A stretch of DNA of 64,000 bases from Chrysomallon squamiferum (Eukaryota > Animalia > Mollusca): contig CM022670.1 in NCBI GenBank assembly GCA_012295275.1, positions 27,466,001-27,530,000 on the forward strand, read 5' to 3'. Positions 29,468 through 42,440 of the stretch are shown piece after piece. Position numbers and translations under genes: made by a program. Positions within the stretch are counted from its first letter, which is position 1. Every line of letters starts with the position of its first letter. The notes below the pieces were generated by a model. That model was not told where the DNA came from, did not search any database, and saw only the letters and a program-made list of their open reading frames with translations.

Positions 29468-29494
29468 ATAATAGTAGTAGTAGCTGTAGTAGCT

Positions 29495-29534
<40 letters not shown>

Positions 29535-29625
29535 CAGTAGTAGTAGTAGTAGGAGTAGTAGAAGAAGAAGAAGTAGTAGTAGTAGGAGTAGTAGAAGAAG
29601 AAGAAGAAGTAGTAATAGTAGTGGA
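29468..29625. repeat. (GTA)n/(GAA)n trinucleotide microsatellite
   Basis: Directly visible; explains the poly-Thr ORF 29287..29658. Confidence 0.9.
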
Positions 29626-30082
29626 AGAACTAATGTTGTAGACTATAGGCATTATCATGATAAATGTGCATGTTTTTGTTCTATGTATCTATTCTTTGCC
29701 AGTAATAAAGTATGATATAAAATAACAAAAGCACGAAGACTTACAGTTCACATTTTTCTTGTGATATCACGGAAGTTTACAGAAGTACGTTTTCTTAGAC
29801 ATTTCAAATGTGCTTACTAATTCAATAACTGTACAAGTGGTTTGCTGTTTTATTACACGTAAGAGCTGAATTGAGTGTACTTTACAGTGACTCTCGGAGC
29901 AAGCTGTTATGATACACATCTGTTTTGGACACTTTTATTCCCAATAAAATATTCAAGTACACTGCTGTGGGCAGTTAGAATTGATGTTTTGTATCTGTCT
30001 GCTAAACACCACAAAGAATATTGATTAGTTCAAGAAAAAAAGAAACTATAGGATAAAGCAGTTTTAAATATATTTGCAAATA

Positions 30083-30121
<39 letters not shown>

Positions 30122-30458
30122 TGTGTGTGTGTGGGTGTAATAAATATATATATATATATATTTTATACAGATTATAGATAGATAGATATAGATATTTATA
30201 CATACATACATATACATATATATGTGTGTGTGTGTGTTACGTGATTGTGTGGGTGTGTATGTGCATGTATGTACGTGTGGGTTTGTATTATTTATTTTAA
30301 TATTTTTAAATATTTTTTTACCTTGATAACTATATATTTTTGAATATCCATATACATTTTATTTTAACTTACTCATATATTTGCCAATAAACTTTTGGGC
30401 TGACATCTTGTTTAATATTTATTCATTCATACTCAGTAAACCTATAATTATGCACATA

Positions 30459-30505
<47 letters not shown>

Positions 30506-31690
30506 GCAAACACCTAAATTTCATCTCTCTTTAGACAAAAGTATCATTTCACATTTACAGAATTAAATGTAAATCAATATGTTCTTCAGAGAAGCACTCA
30601 AAAATGCATCCAGTTTAATCCCTAAGAAGATTTTCATGGAAACATGTAATTGAAAAACACAGTTGACAGCATTAGCTCTTCTCGCTCGTGACTGATTCAC
30701 TTCACTGTCAGGGAACACTTCGTCCTGACAATTTTCTTTGCTCAAACTAACTTACTGTTGTTTAATGAGCAATTTTATGTGTGTCGCTTCTCTGTCATTG
30801 CTCTTAATAATTTGTCACTGCAGGCTGTGCTGGTATCTTTGTGACAGCATCACTGTGGTTTTGTTTCCAATTTCACACTTCTCTGCCGTGAAATAGAGTT
30901 CAGAATCCCACCTGAATTTTCTTGCTTGTGCAGAAAAGGTACCGACCCACCTGATACTGGCATTATTGCAGAAAGGTGAAATATTTAGATGATGAGGAGG
31001 AAAATATGAATCTAAATGAAGTTTACATCCTTCACTGTTCTGTTTTTGCTCTGTGAATTGTAAAGAAGGATGTCACACTATGACACACAACATAGAGGAT
31101 TCCTCGAGACTCAGACATATTTAAACCTGTTTGTCTGGCAGTGAATGTGTGATACAGACTTTGATTGATTGTAACAGCACTGGACCTTTATTTAAACTGT
31201 AACTGAAGAGTGTTTTTAGACAGTGGCTGAGTCTTTGTAGAATATGACTCAGTCTTCCAGGATTCCTCACTGTTCACTGAAAGGTTGGTTTTATTACTAG
31301 TTTTGTTTGCCCAATTTTCTTCTTTTTGTTCTGGTTTCTTACTTTTCTTTCTTTTTTTTTTAATATAACATTCTTGTTTGTCATTCCATCATAAAATTAT
31401 ATTTTGTTTCAGAAGAACTGATTATTATGAATGACATTTTAATTTTTGTTGGCCTATAAAGGTTTTTTCAAGAATACAATGTTTTTCTAACAGTTCAATA
31501 GAAATACTGATTTTTAAATTGTAATTACTGAACATCTAATTAAATTCTTTTATGTTGTGCAGTGTGTATCAGTTGTTAGAACACAAACACACACATTTTC
31601 AGTTTATTTTTACTCAGGTTTGATTTTCTTTTCTTCTTTCCTTCTTTATCATCAACATCATCATTATTATTATTTATTATGAGTTTAGGA

Positions 31691-31692
<2 letters not shown>

Positions 31693-31746
<54 letters not shown>
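31693..31746. repeat. (TG)n microsatellite (representative of many TG/CA, TAA, TTTA and poly-T tracts)
   Basis: Directly visible. Confidence 0.9.
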
Positions 31747-31751
<5 letters not shown>

Positions 31752-31790
31752 TGTTTTATTATTATTATTTTCTATTTTTTAAAGTAATTT

Positions 31791-31821
<31 letters not shown>

Positions 31822-33043
31822 TGGTGGTTAATTTCAGAATTTTTATTATATGAACCCATCAATCACTTGATATACATTATCACCATGTTTTACTTGTGTA
31901 GCATGTGGCATTTATGGTAGGAAATAAACTGTCAAACATTAAACACTCATAACTTGTATAAACCCAGTTAATGTGTAATTTTTAGAATCTGTTCATCCAA
32001 AAAATAACTTTATATAAGCATGCCTATCACTGCAAAATATCTTACTTTGCCTGAGAAATCTTTGCAAAAAAATAGTTTCACTTCTAGCACACAAAGAACT
32101 TCCAACCCTGAAGAAAATCTTACTATTACTTTTTTAAATCATCATCATCATCATCATCATTATTATTATTATTAAGCTTTAAGCAATATGTGTTTGTGTC
32201 ATTGTGTCTATGCTTTCTTGAATAAGGAAGCCTATATTCCTTGACAGAATGTTTTTTGTAACCATTGTTTATTTATTAAACAGAAAAAGTTTTTCAGCTA
32301 AGACAGTAAGTCAAGAATACAACAGAACCTGCCCTCTGTACACAAGTATTTTGTTTTTAGTAGCTGAACCTGTCATGATGATGTTGATAGTAACAACAGT
32401 GTTGTTTGTTCTGGTGCAAAACATGTGTAGTAACACACACAGAGTTATTTCTTACCAGAGCATTCTTCTTATTCTTTCTTTCTTTTATTTATTTATTTAT
32501 TTATTTTAAAATTTGCTACCAAGATGATGCAAACATTTTAACTAAGAAAATATGGGCACCTTGTTTTTTTTTTTCAGAATTATAATTCAGCCAAATTCTT
32601 ATTTTTATCATGATCTTTTGTTTGTTTTTTCTTGTGAATTGTTATATATATATATATATGTGACACATTGGAGCACAGTCATTAAACATTTTCAAAAAGT
32701 TCAAGTTATATTTTAAATACATGTTGTTTTAGATAGGTTTTCACACAGTACATATCACTATTTCTGATAAATAACCATGGGCCAATGACAAATGCAGCAA
32801 GAAAATTACCAAAGAAGGCTGTAAAGGGAACTGATCTAAGAACGAATCATGCCAGGAGCAAGAGCTCTAATTAGTGAACATGAACCCACTCTGTAACAAC
32901 TGAGGCTTCTCTAAAATCAAGAAAATAATGACAACAACATGAGAGATGGTCAAAAAGGAGAGAAATCATTAAAATCTATTCCTGCCTGTTCACTTGTTGA
33001 CACGCTTGCAAGAGACTGTTAATGTGGTGATTCTCTTTTTCAG

Positions 33044-33212
33044 TGATGCGGCTCACAAAGCCGACACTGATGCCGTATCAGCCGCTGGTGTGTGAGTCGA
33101 GGGACCTGTGTGGCGATGCCTTCCTCACGATGAACTCCAATGACCTGGCCAAACCACGTGGCCTTGATTACTTCCCTTTAGGAGATATGTTGACATTGCC
33201 TCAGAACTTTGG
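33044..33212 (+). CDS. TRAPPC13: TRAPPC13 coding exon (first seen; starts in phase 1)
   Basis: tttcag|TGATGCGG; (V)[24 protein letters not shown]...LTLPQNFG; GG|gtactt. Confidence 0.93.
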
Positions 33213-33943
33213 GTACTTATTTATGTTTTATGCTTTTTAAATCTAATATTTAATGGTTATTTTTATTTTATTATACATAACTGTTGTTATTTTTGTTTTA
33301 TTTTATTATATGTAATTATTATTTTATTTTTATTTTATGTTATATCTAATTTTTTGTATTTAGTCTTAACTTTTTAACATTTAGTAAAATTAATTTTTTG
33401 GTTTTAGTATGGTTATTTATTTATTATTGATTTTATTTTTATTGATTTATCGATATATTTTTTAAAATATTATTATTACTATATTACATATTTTTATTTT
33501 TTTATTTTTATTTATTTTATTTTTGTTTAAAGTAAGTCTGTCAGTGCATGCATATGTTTGTACATGTAAATTTCTTTGTTATGTAATTTATATTTATTAA
33601 CAATGTCATTTTTATTATTCTTTGTGGTTTTCATATTTAAAATCAAAATCTAATTTCAGAAATATATTTCTTGGAGAGACGTTTTCAAGCTACATCAGTG
33701 TTCATAATGATTCTAATCAAACTTGCAGAGAAATCGTCTTGAAGGTATGTAAAATATATTTCAGTACCTAATTTATTTAGGCTGTGGTCTTTAAAATTAT
33801 GATTATCTGTTGCTTGTTTGTAAAAGAAAAAGTTACACATGGCTCAAATTAAATTATACTTCAGATTTTATTTGAGTTTATAGAAATACAAGATATACAG
33901 AGTGATTGTTATTTTAAGTTCTCACATTAAATATTAATAATAT

Positions 33944-33974
<31 letters not shown>

Positions 33975-34239
33975 AACAATTTTATGTTATTTATTTATTT
34001 ATTTATTTTTAACTATTTGACTTTTTTTCTTCAAACATTTAAAAATTTTGAATATTTTTTATATATCTTTTTTTGTGTATTTATTTATTTATTTATTATA
34101 ATTATTATTAATAATGCTGTTGTTATATTTATTTATTTATTTATTATAATTATTATTAATCATACTGTTGTTATTATTATTATATTTATGTATTTATTTA
34201 TATTAATTATTATTAATCATACTGTTGTTATTATTATAT

Positions 34240-34270
<31 letters not shown>

Positions 34271-34774
34271 CTGATATTGCAGGCTGACCTACAGACAAGT
34301 TCACAAAGACTAGCTCTGTCCAGCATTAACTCTCAGCCCATACAGGAGCTGTTGTCCAACCACAGCATCGACGACGTCATACACCATGAAGTCAAAGAAC
34401 TCGGAACACACATGTGAGATCGTTATTAGTATTTATCCTATACAGCTCCAAAAAGCTTTTCATTAACTTACAGAAGAATATCTGATTTATTTCAGTTAGA
34501 AATGTTTTTGTAGTTTTGATATTGAAGTAAATCCCCTGAAGTTGTGTGATCAATCCTTCTCATATCACCATTTGAGCTATTTCCTATTCCAGACAGTGCT
34601 CCAAGTCTGGTAAATTAAAGTTGTGATAGAAATATTTGAATTTCAGCCTCTGTAAAAAGATGTTTAAAAAAAGAATGTTCTTTTCTTTCTTTTTTCTTTC
34701 TTGTTTTTTCACTTCTTTTTTTTTCTCATTTGAAAATATTTCACAAACTGATAATCTTTTGCCTTTAAAGATAT

Positions 34775-34864
<90 letters not shown>

Positions 34865-36367
34865 GATATTACTGTTTTATAATATTTCTATATTTCAGTT
34901 TGGTATGTGCTGTCAGTTACACAACAAATTCTGGAGAAAGAATGCAGTTCCGAAAGTTTTTTAAATTCCAGGTAATTAATAAAATTAATTTTGTTTGTAG
35001 AGAGGGTCATAGCTTGTTTAAGGAGAACAAGTCTGAGAAATAATGGATCAGTTAAGTTAGGTATGCTAATCTTACTAATCCTTGTTCAAGGCAGAACAGT
35101 TATTAAGTGGATTTCTTCTCTGTTACTAATGTTACAGAATTACATGACTTATACTTGTTAATTTTTAATTTAAAATTTTTAAATCTCTCTTCTTTTTTTT
35201 AAGATGAATTTATTAGTAAATTGATTTTAATAATGCTAAAAAAAAAAAGTTCATTCAACATGCAGCAATTAAATTCCTTGTCTTAAAATTAAAAATACAT
35301 AAAATAATAAAAAATGAAAATTTATTGCAAATATTTTTAATAATTAAATTTATTATCTGAAAATTAAAACAAAATATGTCAAGTTACATTTTTATATCAT
35401 TTTACCTTTTTATATCATTTTACCTTTTTTCACTGTTGTCTGTTATTAAACTCATTGTTTTAGGGTTTTTTGTTATTTCTAGGTTCTGAAGCCACTGGAT
35501 GTCAAGACAAAATTTTATAATGCTGAGGTATGTTAAAAAATTTAACTGTCATTGTTGTTAACATTTATTATTTCATTTTTTTTATATATTTTTATTATAA
35601 TTATTTATTTTATTTTATTTTATTTTTTAAGCAACTATTTTCATAGTCATATACATAATCTTTATTTTTAATACAAAATTTAAATAATATATTTGAAGCT
35701 ATTAAAATAATTTACTTTTATTAATTTTAAATATTTTGTGGAATAATTGTTTAGGTTAAAGAATGTGCATATTGTCTTGTGTATATATGTATATGTAAGC
35801 AAACACACAAAACAAAAAACACACACACACACACACACACATGGAAATATGCTAACACATACATATACATATTCACATTAAAATATTTTATTTTGAAATG
35901 AGACTTAATATTTCATACTGACAGTATCTTACAGCTTCAAGTATTTAAATTGCAACAGAGTTCCTTGTTAAAATTTTACTTAAAAATGTTAAGTGGTCAG
36001 TTTTTATAATTACCATATAATAGTTATATTGAATTATTATTTTTCTTTTTCCTCTATGAATGGTTTGTTAATGAGCAGCATTTTATTGTAAGTGTTTATT
36101 TTTTATTAAGATCCTTTTTTTTTTTGCTACAAGATGAAGGTGGCATTTTTTGCCTGTTGTATTTCTATATGTTGTATCTGAAAATAATTTCGTTAAAACA
36201 TGCTATATATATATATATATATTCAGTATTATAATGGATAAATGCATGACATTTAAAAAAGCAAAAATTTCCTTGCAGCCATGCCAAACCCACTAACATT
36301 AACATTACATTATAATTTTAATGAATACAAAATGTATAAGTGTGTGTGTGTGTGTGTGAGTGTGTGT

Positions 36368-36406
<39 letters not shown>

Positions 36407-39352
36407 TGTGTATCTGTGTGTGAGTGAGTGTGTGGAAATGTACATGTATAGATATCATTATTGTTGTTACTACTTACAAACATGAACTAAAGACAAAAAT
36501 GATACAAATATTAAATATTTTAAAATTGTATCTGTTAATTTTCTGTAGGTAAATAACTGTTTAGATGAATATTGTAATATCACTGCACTTTTATCACATA
36601 ACTCTTTTATTACTGCTGTTAACACTAAAATACACAAAATTAATACATACTCTTTTACATACGAGTATAAATAATAATAATAGTAATAAAGTAGTAACAG
36701 ACTTAATAACTACAAAACCACAACAATAATTTTAATAATAACAACAACATCAAGAAAAAAATTAATTTAACAACAACAAAAACAATAATTTAACAACAAC
36801 AACAATAATAATAATAATTTAACAGCAATAACAACAATAATAATTTAATGACAACAATTATATTAATAATTTAATAACAATATTAATAATAAAATAGCAG
36901 CAATAATAATAATAACAATTAATTTAATGGTTGTTTTTTAATCCTGTCATAAATAAAAACACTGTATAGCAGAATAACATAGAAAGACTGAAAATGGCAG
37001 GATTTGGATCTTTGAGTCACAGTTAATTTATTAACTGAATACCAGCATTTTGATGTCTGATGTTGGACAAATATGTTCCACTAACATTTGAGATCCACTA
37101 ATTAACCATCTGTTGCTTTTTAAAACAGCTTAAAAATATCCAACATATATATGTAATAAGGGTGTGAGATGTGGATTTTTTAAAATCTTTTGAAACCAAA
37201 CAAAATGATATAGAATTTGTTTTGTGAGTTCAAAATAATATACAGCCTAAAACTTCACATAAGTATATTATGACTTTGAAAATTTAAAAGCAGTTTTCTT
37301 TCACATTTGTATTATTTGGTTTCAAAGTTTCACACATCCCTTATATATATATATATTAAAGTTTTTTGTTTATGTATAAAACACATTGTGGTGTCATCTT
37401 GGCAACACAATATTTAAGAAATAAGCTTAAAATATAACCACTGCATCTCTGAGTTAGAGAAAAAAAAAGGGATAGGTTTTACACTTTTTCAGTAATCTCG
37501 GTGTAGAAGCCATTATAATTCCAGTAATTGTCAGTCTCAGACTTAACCACGGTGTTACCAGATTAATACACAGGAACGTTAGCAATCAGGGAACTGTGCT
37601 ACACAGACACACATAAGTCTGGTCCATGTTGGTTGTGGCAGAGAAATGATTTTATATGGAATATGCTAATTTAAAAAAAAAAAAAAATAATAATAATAAA
37701 CACCTTAGATTTTTCTTATTAATATTGTTATTAAAGTTATAATAGTTATATTGTTTTCAGCATCATTATCACTATCATTATCACAACTGTCATCACTATC
37801 GAAATCATTATCATTGTCATCATTATCGGTTTCTTAACTCTTTTTTTCACCATTTGTTAGTAAACTTTGAAGTTAGAATTATTTTCAATAACTCTGGTTC
37901 ACAATTGATCACGTACATTTTTTTGTTTCATAATTTATTTTTATTTTATTATTATTTTTATTTTTATTTGTTTACAGTTATGTAAAAATAAAACAATGTA
38001 TACTAACCATGTTATTCTTTAAGCATATGTGTTACTGCCTTCTATTATAACATTTGTCTCATGTATTGGTAATTTTTTCTAAATTATTTTCTAAGCCTAT
38101 TTCTGATGGTAGTGGTTCAAAAGGCAGTGGTTTTCTTCATCAGTCAGCTTGAATCTGAAAGTTAACTTTACAAATATGCATGTGGAATTGGTTCTTTTTT
38201 GAGTTTTCTGTGAAATTAATCATTAAAAGAATGTTTTTCATTTATACATTTTTTCATTTAAAACATATTGTAATTTTTTTTTCAATAATATTAATAATAA
38301 TTTAAATTATTTTTATTTTTATATATTGTAAGTACATTTAAATTACATTGTTTGTTCTTTTTTAATTTATCAATTTTGTATATCAGAACAGTGAACAAAA
38401 TAATAGATTTTTGTATATATTTTAAAAAAGAAGTATTTTCTAATCTTCATAGATGTATTGCAGAAATTGTAAATGACAGTTTCTCAAATTGGCACATCTT
38501 AGGAGAATTGTTACTATTTGTAAATGTAAATATTTATTTATTTTTTTTTTTTTTTTTCTATGATTTATTTACTTTTAAATCAAAATTAAAAAGAAAAGAA
38601 ATCAATTTTAAAAAATATCAAGCAAATAATGTATGGAATTAAATTAAGAGAAAAGTTAACACACATGCAATTAAAAAAAATGTCACTTTTCACTTTTATT
38701 TTTGTTTCATTTAGTTTTTAATTAAGAAATAAACAAAATTGATCAAGGTTAAACTCACAAAGTGTTTCTTATAAAAACTGGTTTTGTTTTGTTTTATTTC
38801 AACAGTGTCAAAAAATCATTAAGAAGTGTTTATTTTCTGTGCAACAGCAAATTTTTTTTTTTTTAAATTTTATTTTTAGTTAAACATAAACAAATTTAAT
38901 TAAAACTGATGTTACACAGAAATGACTTAAAACGTAAATACGTTTTGTGTATTGAAATAAAAACTGAAAACATCCTTTCATAAATATTCCACTGTTGTGG
39001 ACAACCTTTGATGTGTATCTGAGGTTGCCTACCTTGACAGAGTTACCTGAACCCTCTTGATAAAGGCACTAACGTATTTCTGTTACTGTAGTCTGAAGAT
39101 GTTTACCTGGAAGCTCAGATTCAGAACATCACACCAGGACCAATCTACATGGAACAAGTGAGTCTCGATCCCTCACCCCAGTACTCAGCCAAACAGCTCA
39201 ACTCACTGGAGGGAGAAGGGTATTTACTTCATTTGTTTCTTTATCTGTTTTTATATTTGATTGTTTGCTTCATTATTTACTTTATTAATTTATATGTATG
39301 CTTATTTAATTTATTTATTTACTTACTTATTTCTTTACTTTGTTTTATTTTA

Positions 39353-39392
<40 letters not shown>

Positions 39393-42383
39393 TGTTTGAG
39401 TGTTTATTTATTGGAACTGTTCATCTTTTTCAAGATACGGGTTTAGTTAGAAAAATATATTTAAATAGTCATATATTTCTGACTTTCAAAATTTTAAATT
39501 CTTCTTTTCTTTATTTTTCATCTTTTTGTTAGCATGCAATATCTGTTATTTTCTTTTATTATTAAAACTTATTATCTTTTTCTTTATATAATTATATTAA
39601 TTTTATTTATTTTGTTTTATTTTATTTATTTCATTTTTTTTTAATTTTATTTAATTCTTGTATCTTCCTTATTGTTGATTATTTTTGTATTGCAGTAAAA
39701 ATCAAGTATTTGGAAAATCTAACTACATGAACCCTATGGACACTCGTCAATATTTGTATTGTTTAACCCCAAACCCTGAGCTTTATGGAGAAAACAAAGT
39801 GCTCAAAGGAGTAACAAACATTGGCAAACTAGATATTGTTTGGAAAACCAATATGGGAGAGAAGGGGAGACTACAAACAAGTCAATTGCAAAGAGTGGTA
39901 AATGATTCAGAGTTATTTCCCATTGCATTTATCAGACAGTAGTTTTAAATATATTTTATTTTAAGTGATTGTTTGGTATTGTGTCTACCTTATTTCATAT
40001 TTATGATAACAATTAATTATGGACACATAAGACATTTATTTTATATTCATTAAAATATATTGATTTTTTTTTTATCCTTTAATTTTTTTTTCTAGGCACC
40101 TGGTTATGGAGATATCCGCTTAACAGTGGAATCTGTACCAGATACAGTTTCCTTGGAAACAACCTTTAATTTGACCTGCAGGATCACCAACTGCTGGTGA
40201 GTAGCAGAAACTTAATGATAAAGAATGTTTGTTTCATTAATAGGATGAATAGAAAATATTTTACATAGAATAATTTAATCAAGTAACAACATTACATTTT
40301 TTATTTTAATACATTCTTTTTGGGGTCTAGTTGTTGTTGGTGTTTTCATTTTTTGGAGAAATATTTTTGTTTTATAATGTTATCCTGAAGTATAATCATA
40401 ATAAAATAAAAATAAAATTTAATCATTCAGCTAACAATTCTGTAGCCATATCAACACAGGTGTTATCATATTTTATTACAACTTATTAGTAATAATATAT
40501 AATTGTTATAATGTTGTTTCCATAGTGAGAGGACAATGGATCTAACACTGGTTTTACAGAATCTGCCTGGCACCGGATTAACATGGTGTGGAATCTCAGG
40601 CAAACAGCTAGGTAAACTGCCACAGAATGAGAGCATGGACATTCCACTGACCTTGTTAGCTGTGATACCAGGCTTGCAGGTACATAACACCTTTTCTGCT
40701 GTTTCAGACATTTATTTAGTCAACTCTTCTTAACCTTTAAACTTTATTTTTATTATTTATTTATTTATATCATCATTATTATTTGCTTTCTTTCTTTTTT
40801 CTTTCTCAAGCAGTAAATTTGTGTTGTGGTTTTGTTTGGACTGCTTGCAGAATCAGTCCTCTTTGGTGTACCCTGTAGACAATTTCACATTATAATCAAT
40901 GCCCCATAACAATATGTCATTGTTAACAGATTTTTCTGCTTATGGGTTGGTGGATATCCCTTGATGCTTGACGGAATACTTTAATGTTGATCTGTACATA
41001 ACATTATTTTATATAAGACAGCACACAAAGCTGCAGTAAAAAATAATTTAAGAAAATTTTAAGAAAACAGAACAAAACAGGTATTCTAAGTTATAATAAT
41101 ATAAACTATGCCATTTAATAATCAATCATAATGTTTTTAAAAGAAAAGTGAAAACAGTGGATATTACAACATCCATACTGTTGAAACAAACTCAAGCTAA
41201 ATAGCGGAATGTGTGCCCATAACAAACAAACTTTAGCAGTTCTCTGACATTACTGAGGCTTAGTCTGAGAGAGAGAGAGAGAGAGAATTTGCTATATTTC
41301 TGAAGTACTGAGTTGTGTTAGAACAAAATGCAGATCACAAAGTAAATATTTAACTTTGTTGTGAATAGTGTTAGTTTTATTGATCTCTCTCAGAGTGATA
41401 TTGCTCTTCATGTGTGTAATATTTACTTTATGTGGTATGACACATAGGGTAAATATTACTTTATGTCAGTCAGGAATGTTGCAGTTTCTGGGGTGATAAC
41501 CTGTTTCATAATTTGTTAACCTAAGTCATAATATATTTTAATATTGTGGTTGTATAGAAATATATTTCTAACCAAATTAACAACAACAACAATAATAATA
41601 ACAATAACTAACAATAATAATAACAATAACAATAATAATAATAATAATTTATTGATAAGCTTGTTCCATTAGTAAGTGATAAAATTTTTAGTAAAATTAA
41701 AAAATGATGAAGCTTGGTATAATTTAATTGTTTTAATTCTTAAATAACATTTTAATATCATATGCTTGCCTAGTAATACTGATACCAAAAGAACTGTTTT
41801 AAATAACTTAAATATGTATTTTGATAAATGTTGAAGAGATAGAGTTTTTTGTTAATGGATTTATTACAAAATATAAGGTGGTTACTTTTATACTTAATTT
41901 TTCTCTGATTTTTTTTCTTTTTAAATTTATTTATTTGCTTTTGTTATTTTTTATTTAATTTTTATTATTATTATTTTTTATTAATCAAAATTTTAAGTTT
42001 AAAAATAAATATTTTAAGTTCAGTTTGAAAGAACTGTTGTCAAATTTGATTTTGGTTGTTTTTTTTTGTTTCCAAACATCTCTGATATTTCTAATATAAT
42101 GATGAGTGTTTTGTTTTTTTTTTTGCTCATATATAATAGCTATCCCTAAAATAATGATGATGCCATGAACAGCATTAATTATAATAACAACAGCAACAAT
42201 ACATAATACAGTAATTTTATTAGTTCACAATAATGATGGAACACACGAAATATTAATTGTTTGTTTAACTGTTTCTGTTCACAGACTCTTTCTGGCCTGC
42301 GACTGACAGACAACTTTCTGAAGAGAACCTATGAACACGATGACATCACCCAGGTTTTAGTCTTGGACGATGATGTTCAGTGA
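33044..42383 (+). CDS. TRAPPC13: Trafficking protein particle complex subunit 13, spliced gene span (5'-partial; first coding exon not found)
   Basis: Ten GT-AG exons join in frame to give VMRLTKPTL...[26 protein letters not shown]...[10 protein letters not shown]...[23 protein letters not shown]...[23 protein letters not shown]...[22 protein letters not shown], closely matching TRAPPC13 as I recall it. Confidence 0.96.
33660..33744 (+). CDS. TRAPPC13: TRAPPC13 coding exon
   Basis: tttcag|A AAT ATA; [28 protein letters not shown]; AAG|gtatgt. Confidence 0.93.
34283..34413 (+). CDS. TRAPPC13: TRAPPC13 coding exon
   Basis: tgcag|GCT; [43 protein letters not shown]; AT|gtgaga. Confidence 0.93.
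34899..34971 (+). CDS. TRAPPC13: TRAPPC13 coding exon
   Basis: tttcag|T TTG; [24 protein letters not shown]; CAG|gtaatt. Confidence 0.93.
35483..35527 (+). CDS. TRAPPC13: TRAPPC13 coding exon
   Basis: tctag|GTT; [15 protein letters not shown]; GAG|gtatgt. Confidence 0.93.
36079..36087 (+). CDS. TRAPPC13: Candidate 9-nt alternative microexon of TRAPPC13 (H-F-I)
   Basis: Pyrimidine tract ...atgagcag|CATTTTATT|gtaagt with a perfect donor; frame-preserving in the phase-0 intron after FYNAE. Confidence 0.5.
37155..37345. mobile_element. Small palindromic MITE-like element in TRAPPC13 intron
   Basis: Ends ataagggtgtga.../...tcacacatcccttat and inner tttgaaaccaaa/tttggtttcaaa are inverted; flanked by TA runs. 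Confidence 0.4.
39092..39219 (+). CDS. TRAPPC13: TRAPPC13 coding exon
   Basis: ctgtag|TCT; [42 protein letters not shown]; GG|gtattt. Confidence 0.92.
39696..39897 (+). CDS. TRAPPC13: TRAPPC13 coding exon
   Basis: ttgcag|T AAA; [23 protein letters not shown]...[11 protein letters not shown]; GTG|gtaaat. Confidence 0.93.
40096..40196 (+). CDS. TRAPPC13: TRAPPC13 coding exon
   Basis: tctag|GCA; [33 protein letters not shown]; TG|gtgagt. Confidence 0.93.
40526..40679 (+). CDS. TRAPPC13: TRAPPC13 coding exon
   Basis: catag|T GAG; [31 protein letters not shown]...IPGLQ; CAG|gtacat. Confidence 0.93.
42285..42383 (+). CDS. TRAPPC13: TRAPPC13 terminal coding exon
   Basis: cacag|ACT; [35 protein letters not shown]. 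Confidence 0.93.
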   Translation, partial: TLSGLRLTDNFLKRTYEHDDITQVLVLDDDVQ

Positions 42384-42424
42384 AAACACCATCGTCATGA
42401 ACTGGCAAGGGCTGTGTGCAATAC

Positions 42425-42440
42425 GGTTACCATGGTAACC
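42425..42440. promoter_or_regulatory. Perfect palindromic RFX X-box in TRAPPC13 3' UTR
   Basis: GGTTACCATGGTAACC matches GTNRCC-N(0-3)-RGYAAC. Confidence 0.5.

Noticed and set aside
29287-29658. 123-aa Thr/Ser-rich mucin-like ORF
   Set aside because: Translation of a (GTA)n microsatellite.
30897-30975. Frame reading ...EKVPTHLILALLQK G|gtgaaa as the missing TRAPPC13 exon 1
   Set aside because: The phase fits and it loosely resembles EHLLALK, but there is no in-frame ATG after the TAG at 30894, the motif spacing differs and there is no promoter-like CpG context.
36541-36555. ttctgtag|gtaaat as a recursive splice site
   Set aside because: The motif is common by chance and the intron is only 3.6 kb; no independent support.
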